Shown here piece by piece: positions 26,471 through 37,869 of a stretch of DNA of 64,000 nt (the first letter of the stretch is position 1; the number at the start of each line of letters is the position of its first letter). The position numbers and the translations under genes were made by a program. Source of the DNA: the human T2T-CHM13v2.0 reference genome, Homo sapiens. The stretch lies in NCBI RefSeq assembly GCF_009914755.1, contig NC_060926.1; one strand, written 5' to 3'. The notes below the pieces were generated by a model that was not told the origin of the DNA, searched no databases, and worked only from the letters and a program-made list of their open reading frames with translations.

Positions 26471-29400
26471 GGTGAAAAAGGAAATATCTTCCCCTGAAAA
26501 CTAGACAGAAGCATTCTCAGAATCTTATTTGTGATGTGCGCCCTCAACTAACAGTGTTGAAGCTTTCTTTTGATAGAGCAGTTTTGAAACCCTCTTTTTG
26601 TAAAATCTGCAAGAGGATATTTGGATAGATTTGAGGATTTCGTTGGAAACGGGATTGTCTTCATATAAACTCTAGACAGAAGCATTCTCAGAAGCTTCAT
26701 TGGGATGTTTCAATTGAAGTCACAGTGTTGAACAGTCCCTTTCATAGAGCAGGTTTGAAACACTCTTTTTGTAGTATCTGGAAGTGGACATTTGGAGCGC
26801 TCTCAGGACTGCGGTGAAAAAGGAAATATCTTCCAATAAAAGCTAGATAGAAGCAATGTCAGAAACTTTTTCATGATGTATCTACTCAGCTAACAGAGTT
26901 GAACTTTCCTTTGAGAGAGCAGTTTTGAAACACTCTTTTTGTGGAATCTGCAAGTGGATATTTGTCTAGCTTTGAGGATTTCTTTGGAAACGGGATTACA
27001 TATAAAAAGCAGCCAGCAGCGTTCCCAGAAACTTCTTTGTGATGTTTGCATTCAAGCCACAGAGTTGAACATTCCCTTTCATAGAGCAGGTTTGAAACAC
27101 TCTTTTTGTAGTATCTGGTTGTGGACATTTGCAGCGCTTTCAGGCCTAAGGTGAAAAAGGAAATATCTTCCCCTGAAAACTAGACCGACGCATTCTCAGA
27201 AACTTATTTGTGATGTGCGCCCTCAACTAACAGTGTTGAAGCTTTCTTTTGATAGAGCAGTTTTGAAACACTCTTTTTGTAATATCTGCAAGAGGATATT
27301 TGGATAGCTTTGAGGATTTCGTTGGAAACGGGATTGTCTTCATATAAACTCTAGACAGAAGCATTCTCAGAAGCTTCATTGGGATGTTTCAATTGAAGTC
27401 ACAGTGTTGAACAGTTCCTTTCATAGAACAGGTTTGAAACACTCTTTTTGTAGTATCTGGAAGTGGACATTTGGAGCGCTCTCAGGACTATGGTGAAAAA
27501 GGAAATATCTTCCAATAAAAGCTACATAGAAGCAATGTCAGAAACTTTTTCATGATGTATCTACTCAGCTAACAGAGTTGAACCTTTCCTTTGAGAGAGC
27601 AGTTTTGAAACACTCTTTTTGTGGAATCTGCAAGTGGATATTTGTCTAGCTTTGAGGATTTCGTTGGAAACGGGATTACATATAAAAAGCAGACAGCAGC
27701 ATTCCCAGTAACTTCTTTGTGATGTTTGCATTCAAGTCACAGAGTTGAACATTGCCTTTCATAGAGCAGGTTTGAAACACTCTTTTTGTAGTATCTAGAT
27801 GTGGACATTTGCAGCGCTTTCAGGCCTGTGGTGAAAAAGGAAATATCTTCTCCTGAAAACTAGACAGAAGCATTCTCAGAATCTTATTTGTGATGTGCGC
27901 CCTCAACTAACAGTGTTGAAGCTTTCTTTTGATAGAGCAGTTTTGAAACACTCTTTTTGTAAAATCTGCAAGAGGATATTTCGATAGCTTTGAGGATTTC
28001 ATTGGAAACGGGATTGTCTTCATATAAACTCTAGACAGAAGCATTCTCAGAAGCTTCATTGGGATGTTTCAATTGAAGTCACAGTGTTGAACAGTCCCTT
28101 TCATAGAGCAGGTTTGAAACACTCTTTTTGTAGTATCTGGAAGTTGACATTTGGAGCGCTCTCAGGACTACGGTGAAAAAGGAAATATCTTCCAATAAAA
28201 GCTAGATAGAAGCAATGTCAGAAACTTTTTCATGATGTATCTACTCAGCTAACAGAGTTGAACCTTTCTTTTGAGAGAGCAGTTTTGAAACACTCTTTTT
28301 GTGGAATCTGGAAGTGGATATTTGTCTAGCTTTGAGGATTTCGTTGGAAACGGGATTACATATAAAAAGCAGACAGCAGCATTCCCAGTAACTTCTTTGT
28401 GATGTTTGCATTCAAGTCACAGAGTTGAACATTCCCTTTCATAGAGCAGGTTTGAAACACTCTTTTTGTAGTATCTGGATGTGGACATTTGGAGCGCTTT
28501 CAGGCCTATGGTGAAAAAGGAAATATCTTCCCCTGAAAACTAGACAGAAGCATTCTCAGAAACTTATTTGTGATGTGCGCCCTCAACTAACAGTGTTGAA
28601 GCTTTCTTTTGATAGAGCAGTTTTGAAACACTCTTTTTGTAATATCTGCAAGAGGATATTTGGATAGCTTTGAGGATTTCGTTGGAAACGGGATTGTCTT
28701 CATATAAACTCTAGACAGAAGCATTCTCAGAAGCTTCATTGGGATGTTTCAATTGAAGTCACAGTGTTGAACAGTCCCTTTCATAGAGCAGGTTTGAAAC
28801 ACTCTTTTTGTAGTATCTGGAAGTGGACATTTGGAGCGCTCTCAGGACTACGGTGATAAAGGAAATATCTTCCAATAAAAGCTAGATAGAAGCAATGTCA
28901 GAAACTTTTTCATGATGTATCTACTCAGCTAACAGAGTTGAACCTTTCTTTTGAGAGAGCAGTTTTGAAACACTCTTTTTGTGGAATCTGCAAGTGGATA
29001 TTTGTCTAGCTTTGAGGATTTCGTTGGAAACGGGATTACATATAAAAAGCAGATAGCAGCATTCCCAGAATCTTCTTTGTGATGTTTGCATTCAAGTCAC
29101 AGAGTTGAACATTCCCTTTCATAGAGCAGGTTTGAAACACTCTTTTTGTAGTATCTGGATGTGGACATTTGGAGCGCTTTCAGGCCTATGGTGAAAAAGG
29201 AAATATCTTCTCCTGAAAACTAGACAGAAGCATTCTCAGAATCTTATTTGTGATGTGCGCCCTCAACTAACAGTGTTGAAGCTTTCTTTTGATAGAGCAG
29301 TTTTGAAACACTCTTTTTGTAAAATCTGCAAGAGGATATTTGGATAGCTTTGAGGATTTCATTGGAAACGGGATTGTCTTCATATAAACTCTAGACAGAA

Positions 29401-32400
29401 GCATTCTCAGAAGCTTCATTGGGATGTTTCAATTGAAGTCACAGTGTTGAACAGTCCCTTTCATAGAGCAGGTTTGAAACAGTCTTTTTGTAGTATCTGG
29501 AAGTTGACATTTGGAGCGCTCTCAGGACTACGGTGAAAAAGGAAATATCTTCCAATAAAAGCTAGATAGAAGCAATGTCAGAAACTTTTTCATGATGTAT
29601 CTACTCAGCTAACAGAGTTGAACCTTTCTTTTGAGAGAGCAGTTTTGAAACACTCTTTTTGTGGAATCTGGAAGTGGATATTTGTCTAGCTTTGAGGATT
29701 TCGTTGGAAACGGGATTACATATAAAAAGCAGACAGCAGCATTCCCAGTAACTTCTTTGTGATGTTTGCATTCAAGTCACAGAGTTGAACATTCCCTTTC
29801 ATAGAGCAGGTTTGAAACACTCTTTTTGTAGTATCTGGATGTGGACATTTGGAGCGCTTTCAGGCCTATGGTGAAAAAGGAAATATCTTCCCCTGAAAAC
29901 TAGACAGAAGCATTCTCAGAATCTTATTTGTGATGTGCGCCCTCAACTAACAGTGTTGAAGCTTTCTTTTGATAGAGCAGTTTTGAAACACTCTTTTTGT
30001 AAAATCTGCAAGAGGATATTTGGATAGCTTTGAGGATTTCGTTGGAAACGGGATTGTCTTCATATAAACTCTAGACAGAAGCATTCTCAGAAGCTTCATT
30101 GGGATGTTTCAATTGAAGTCACAGTGTTGAACAGTCCCTTTCATAGAGCAGGTTTGAAACACTCTTTTTGTAGTATCTGGAAGTGCACATTTGGAGCGCT
30201 CTCAGGACTGCGGTGAAAAAGGAAATATCTTCCAATAAAAGCTAGATAGAAGCAATGTCAGAAACTTTTTCATGATGTATCTACTCAGCTAACAGAGTTG
30301 AACCTTCCTTTGAGAGAGCAGTTTTGAAACACTCTTTTTGTGGAATCTGCAAGTGGATATTTGTCTAGCTTTGAGGATTTCGTTGGAAACGGGATTACAT
30401 ATAAAAAGCAGACAGCAGCATTCCCAGAAACTTCTTTGTGATGTTTGCATTCAAGTCACAGAGTTGAACATTCCCTTTCATAGAGCAGGTTTGAAACACT
30501 CTTTTTGTAGTATCTGGATGTGGACATTTGGAGCGCTTTCAGGCCTATGGTGAAAGAGGAAATATCTTCCCCTGAAAACTAGACAGAAGCATTCTCAGAA
30601 TCTTATTTGTGATGTGCGCCCTCAACTAACAGTGTTGAAGCTTTCTTTTGATAGAGCAGTTTTGAAACACTCTTTTTGTAAAATCTGCAAGAGGATATTT
30701 GGATAGCTTTGAGGATTTCGTTGGAAACGGGATTGTCTTCATATAAACTCTAGACAGAAGCATTCTCAGAAGCTTCATTGGGATGTTTCAATTGAAGTCA
30801 CAGTGTTGAACAGTCCCTTTCATAGAGCAGGTTTGAAACACTCTTTTTGTAGTATCTGGAAGTGGACATTTGGAGCGCTCTCAGGACTGCGGTGAAAAAG
30901 GAAATATCTTCCAATAAAAGCTACATAGAAGCAATGTCAGAAACTTTTTCATGATGTATCTACTCAGCTAACAGAGTTGAACCTTCCTTTGAGAGAGCAG
31001 TTTTGAAACACTCTTTTTGTGGAATCTGCAAGTGGATATTTGTCTAGCTTTGAGGATTTCGTTGGAAACGGGATTACATGTAAAAAGCAGACAGCAGCAT
31101 TCCCAGAAACTTCTTTGTGATGTTTGCATTCAAGTCACAGAGTTGAACATTCCCTTTCATAGAGCAGGTTTGAAACACTCTTTTTGTAGTATCTGGATGT
31201 GGACATTTGCAGCGCTTTCAGGCCTAAGGTGAAAAAGGAAATATCTTCCCCTGAAAACTAGACAGAAGCATTCTCAGAAACTTATTTGTGATGTGCGCCC
31301 TCAACTAACAGTGTTGAAGCTTTCTTTTGATAGAGCAGTTTTGAAACACTCTTTTTGTGGAATCTGGAAGTGGATATTTTTCTAGCTTTGAGGATTTCGT
31401 TGGAAACGGGATTACATATAAAAAGCAGACAGCAGCATTCCCAGAATCTTGTTTGTGATGTTTGCATTCAAGTCACAGAGTTGAACATTCCCTTTCAGAG
31501 AGCAGGTTTGAAACACTCTTTTTATAGTATCTGGATGTGGACATTTGGAGCGCTTTCAGGCGTATGGTGAAAAAGGAAATATCTTCTCCTGAAAACTAGA
31601 CAGAAGCATTCTCAGAATCTTATTTGTGATGTGCGCCCTCAACTAACAGTGTTGAAGCTTTCTTTTGATAGAGCAGTTTTGAGACACACTTTTCGTAAAA
31701 TCTGCAAGAGGATATTTTGATAGCTTTGAGGATTTCGTTGGAAACGGGATTGTCTTCATATAAACTCTAGACAGAAGCATTCTCAGAAGCTTCATTGGGA
31801 TGTTTCAATTGAAGTCACAGTGGTGAACAGTCCCTTTCATAGAGCAGGTTTGAAACACTCTTTTTGTAGTATCTGGAAGTGGACATTTGGAGCGCTCTCA
31901 GGACTGCGGTGAAAAAGGAAATATCTTCCAATAAAAGCTACATAGAAGCAATGTCAGAAACTTTTTCATGATGTATCTACTCAGCTAACAGAGTTGAACC
32001 TTTCCTTTGAGAGAGCAGTTTTGAAACACTCTTTTTGTGGAATCTGCAAGTGGATATTTGCCTAGCTTTGAGGATTTCGTTGGAAACGGGATTACATATA
32101 AAAAGCAGACAGCAGCATTCCCAGTAACTTCTTTGTGATGTTTGCATTCAAGTCACAGAGTTGAACATTGCCTTTCATAGAGCAGGTTTGAAACACTCTT
32201 TTTGTAGTATCTGGATGTGGACATTTAGAGCGCTTTCAGGCCTGTGGTGAAAAAGGAAATATCTTCTCCTGAAAACTAGACAGAAGCATTCTCAGAATCT
32301 TATTTGTGATGTGCGCCCTCAACTAACAGTGTTGAAGCTTTCTTTTGATAGAGCAGTTTTGAAACACTCTTTTTGTAAAATCTGCAAGAGGATATTTCGA

Positions 32401-35400
32401 TAGCTTTGAGGATTTCATTGGAAACGGGATTGTCTTCATATAAACTCTAGACAGAAGCATTCTCAGAAGCTTCATTGGGATGTTTCAATTGAAGTCACAG
32501 TGTTGAACAGTCCCTTTCATAGAGCAGGTTTGAAACACTCTTTTTGTAGTATCTGGAAGTTGACATTTGGAGCGCTCTCAGGACTACGGTGAAAAAGGAA
32601 ATATCTTCCAATAAAAGCTAGATAGAAGCAATGTCAGAAACTTTTTCATGATGTATCTACTCAGTTAACAGAGTTGAACCTTTCTTTTCAGAGAGCAGTT
32701 TTGAAACACTCTTTTTGTGGAATCTGGAAGTGGATATTTGTCTAGCTTTGAGGATTTCGTTGGAAACGGGATTACATATAAAAAGCAGACAGCAGCATTC
32801 CCAGTAACTTCTTTGTGATGTTTGCATTCAAGTCACAGAGTTGAACATTCCCTTTCATAGAGCAGGTTTGAAACACTCTTTTTGTAGTATCTGGATGTGG
32901 ACATTTGGAGCGCTTTCAGGCCTATGGTGAAAAAGGAAATATCTTCCCCTGAAAACTAGACAGAAGCATTCTCAGAATCTTATTTGTGATGTGCGCCCTC
33001 AACTAACAGTGTTGAAGCTTTCTTTTGATAGAGCAGTTTTGAAACACTCTTTTTGTAAAATCTGCAAGAGGATATTTGGATAGCTTTGAGGATTTCGTTG
33101 GAAACGGGATTGTCTTCATATAAACTCTAGACAGAAGCATTCTCAGAAGCTTCATTGGGATGTTTCAATTGAAGTCACAGTGTTGAACAGTCCCTTTCAT
33201 AGAGCAGGTTTGAAACACTCTTTTTGTAGTATCTGGAAGTGGACATTTGGAGCGCTCTCAGGACTGCGGTGAAAAAGGAAATATCTTCCAATAAAAGCTA
33301 CATAGAAGCAATGTCAGAAACTTTTTCATGATGTATCTACTCAGCTAACAGAGTTGAACCTTCCTTTGAGAGAGCAGTTTTGAAACACTCTTTTTGTGGA
33401 ATCTGCAAGTGGATATTTGTCTAGCTTTGAGGATTTCGTTGGAAACGGGATTACATATAAAAAGCAGACAGCAGCATTCCCAGAAACTTCTTTGTGATGT
33501 TTGCATTCAAGTCACAGAGTTGAACATTCCCTTTCATAGAGCAGGTTTGAAACACTCTTTTTGTAGTATCTGGATGTGGACATTTGGAGCGCTTTCAGGC
33601 CTATGGTGAAAAAGGAAATATCTTCCCCTGAAAACTAGACAGAAGCATTCTCAGAATCTTATTTGTGATGTGCGCCCTCAACTAACAGTGTTGAAGCTTT
33701 CTTTTGATAGAGCAGTTTTGAAACACTCTTTTTGTAAAATCTGCAAGAGGATATTTGGATAGCTTTGAGGATTTCGTTGGAAACGGGATTGTCTTCATAT
33801 AAACTCTAGACAGAAGCATTCTCAGAAGCTTCATTGGGATGTTTCAGTTGAAGTCACAGTGTTGAACAGTCCCTTTCATAGAGCAGCTTTGAAACACTCT
33901 TTTTGTAGTATCTGGAAGTGGACATTTGGAGCGCTCTCAGGACTGCGGTGAAAAAGGAAATATCTTCCAATAAAAGCTACATAGAAACAATGTCAGAAAC
34001 TTTTTCATGATGTATCTACTCAGCTAACAGAGTTGAACCTTCCTTTGAGAGAGCAGTTTTGAAACACTCTTTTTGTGGAATCTGCAAGTGGATATTTGTC
34101 TAGCTTTGAGGATTTCGTTGGAAACGGGATTACATATAAAAAGCAGACAGCAGCATTCCCAGAAACTTCTTTGTGATGTTTGCATTCAAGTCACAGAGTT
34201 GAACATTCCCTTTCATAGAGCAGGTTTGAAACACTCTTTTTGTAGTATCTGGATGTGGACATTTGGAGCGCTTTCAGGCCTATGGTGAAAAAGGAAATAT
34301 CTTCCCCTGAAAACTAGACAGAAGCATTCTCAGAATCTTATTTGTGATGTGCGCCCTCAACTAACAGTGTTGAAGCTTTCTTTTGATAGAGCAGTTTTGA
34401 AACGCTCTTTTTGTAAAATCTGCAAGAGGATATTTGGATAGCTTTGAGGATTTCGTTGGAAACGGGATTGTCTTCATATAAACTCTAGACAGAAGCTTTC
34501 TCAGAAGCTTCATTGGGATGTTTCAATTGAAGTCACAGTGTTGAACAGTCCCTTTCATAGAGCAGGTTTGAAACACTCTTTTTGTAGTATCTGGAAGTGG
34601 ACATTTGGAGCGCTCTCAGGACTGCGGTGAAAAAGGAAATATCTTCCAATAAAAGCTAGATAGAAGCAATGTCAGAAACTTTTTCATGATGTATCTACTC
34701 AGCTAACAGAGTTGAACCTTCCTTTGAGAGAGCAGTTTTGAAACACTCTTTTTGTGGAATCTGCAAGTGGATATTTGTCTAGCTTTGAGGATTTCTTTGG
34801 AAACGGGATTACATATAAAAAGCAGCCAGCAGCGTTCCCAGAAACTTCTTTGTGATGTTTGCATTCAAGCCACAGAGTTGAACATTCCCTTTCATAGAGC
34901 AGGTTTGAAACACTCTTTTTGTAGTATCTGGTTGTGGACATTTGCAGCGCTTTCAGGCCTAAGGTGAAAAAGGAAATATCTTCCCCTGAAAACTAGACAG
35001 ACGCATTCTCAGAAACTTATTTGTGATGTGCGCCCTCAACTAACAGTGTTGAAGCTTTCTTTTGATAGAGCAGTTTTGAAACACTCTTTTTGTAATATCT
35101 GCAAGAGGATATTTGGATAGCTTTGAGGATTTCGTTGGAAACGGGATTGTCTTCATATAAACTCTAGACAGAAGCATTCTCAGAAGCTTCATTGGGATGT
35201 TTCAATTGAAGTCACAGTGTTGAACAGTTCCTTTCATAGAACAGGTTTGAAACACTCTTTTTGTAGTATCTGGAAGTGGACATTTGGAGCGCTCTCAGGA
35301 CTATGGTGAAAAAGGAAATATCTTCCAATAAAAGCTACATAGAAGCAATGACAGAAACTTTTTCATGATGTATCTACTCAGCTAATAGAGTTGAACCTTT

Positions 35401-37869
35401 CCTTTGAGAGAGCAGTTTTGAAACACTCTTTTTGTGGAATCTGCAAGTGGATATTTGTCTAGCTTTGAGGATTTCGTTGGAAACGGGATTACATATAAAC
35501 AGCAGACAGCAGCATTCCCAGTAACTTCTTTGTGATGTTTGCATTCAAGTCACAGAGTTGAACATTGCCTTTCATAGAGCAGGTTTGAAACACTCTTTTT
35601 GTAGTATCTGGATGTGGACATTTGGAGCGCTTTCAGGCCTGTGGTGAAAAAGGAAATATCTTCTCCTGAAAACTAGACAGAAGCATTCTCAGAATCTTAT
35701 TTGTGATGTGCGCCCTCAACTAACAGTGTTGAAGCTTTCTTTTGATAGAGCAGTTTTGAAACACTCTTTTTGTAAAATCTGCAAGAGGATATTTCGATAG
35801 CTTTGAGGATTTCATTGGAAACGGGATTGTCTTCATATAAACTCTAGACAGAAGCATTCTCAGAAGCTTCATTGGGATGTTTCAATTGAAGTCACAGTGT
35901 TGAACAGTCCCTTTCATAGAGCAGGTTTGAAACACTCTTTTTGTAGTATCTGGAAGTTGACATTTGGAGCGCTCTCAGGACTACGGTGAAAAAGGAAATA
36001 TCTTCCAATAAAAGCTAGATAGAAGCAATGTCAGAAACTTTTTCATGATGTATCTACTCAGCTAACAGAGTTGAACCTTTCTTTTGAGAGAGCAGTTTTG
36101 AAACACTCTTTTTGTGGAATCTGGAAGTGGATATTTGTCTAGCTTTGAGGATTTCGTTGGAAACGGGATTACATATAAAAAGCAGACAACAGCATTCCCA
36201 GAAACTTCTTTGTGATGTTTGCATTCAAGTCACAGAGTTGAACATTTCCTTTCATAGAGCAGGTTTGAAACACTCTTTTTGTAGTATCTGGATGTGGACA
36301 TTTGCAGCGCTTTCAGGCCTAAGGTGAAAAAGGAAATATCTTCCCCTGAAAACTAGACAGAAGCATTCTCAGAAACTTATTTGTGATGTGCGCCCTCAAC
36401 TAACAGTGTTGAAGCTTTCTTTTGATAGAGCAGTTTTGAAACACTCTTTTTGTGGAATCTGCAAGTGGATATTTGTCTAGCTTTGAGGATTTCGTTGGAA
36501 ACGGGATTACATATAAAAAGCAGACAGCAGCATTCCCAGAATCTTCTTTGTGATGTTTGCATTCAAGTCACAGAGTTCAACATTCCCTTTCAGAGAGCAG
36601 GTTTGAAACACTCTTTTTATCGTATCTGGATGTGGACATTTGGAGCGCTTTCAGGCCTATGGTGAAAAAGGAAATATCTTCTCCTGAAAACTAGACAGAA
36701 GCATTCTCAGAATCTTATTTGTGATGTGCGCCCTCAACTAACAGTGTTGAAGCTTTCTTTTGATAGAGCAGTTTTGAAACACTCTTTTCGTAAAATCTGC
36801 AAGAGGATATTTTGATAGCTTTGAGGATTTCGTTGGAAACGGGATTGTCTTCATATAAACTCTAGACAGAAGCATTCTCAGAAGCTTCATTGGGATGTTT
36901 CAATTGAAGTCACAGTGTTGAACAGTCCCTTTCATAGAGCAGGTTTGAAACACTCTTTTTGTAGTATCTGGAAGTGGACATTTGGAGAGATCTCAGGAAT
37001 ACGGTGATAAAGGAAATATCTTCCAATAAAAGCTAGATAGAAGCAATGTCAGAAACTTTTTCATGATGTATCTACTCAGCTAACAGAGTTGAACCTTTCT
37101 TTTGAGAGAGCAGTTTTGAAACACTCTTTTTGTGGAATCTGCAAGTGGATATTTGTCTAGCTTTGAGGATTTCGTTGGAAACGGGATTACATATAAAAAG
37201 CAGACAGCAGCATTCCCAGAAACTTCTTTGTGATGTTTGCATTCAAGTCACAGAGTTGAACATTCCCTTTCCTAGAGCAGGTTTGAAACACTCTTTTTGT
37301 AGTATCTGGATGTGGACATTTGGAGCGCTTTCAGGCCTATGGTGAAAAAGGAAATATCTTCCCCTGAAAACTAGACAGAAGCATTCTCAGAATCTTATTT
37401 GTGATGTGCGCCCTCAACTAACAGTGTTGAAGCTTTCTTTTGATAGAGCAGTTTTGAAACACTCTTTTTGTAAAATCTGCAAGAGGATATTTGGATAGCT
37501 TTGAGGATTTCGTTGGAAACGGGATTGTCTTCATATAAACTCTAGACAGAAGCATTCTCAGAAGCTTCATTGGGATGTTTCAATTGAAGTCACAGTGTTG
37601 AACAGTCCCTTTCATAGAGCAGGTTTGAAACACTCTTTTTGTAGTATCTGGAAGTGGACATTTGGAGCGCTCTCAGGACTGCGGTGAAAAAGGAAATATC
37701 TTCCAATAAAAGCTACATAGAAGCAATGTCAGAAACTTTTTCATGATGTATCTACTCAGCTAACAGAGTTGAACCTTCCTTTGAGAGAGCAGTTTTGAAA
37801 CACTCTTTTTGTGGAATCTGCAAGTGGATATTTGTCTAGCTTTGAGGATTTCGTTGGAAACGGGATTAC

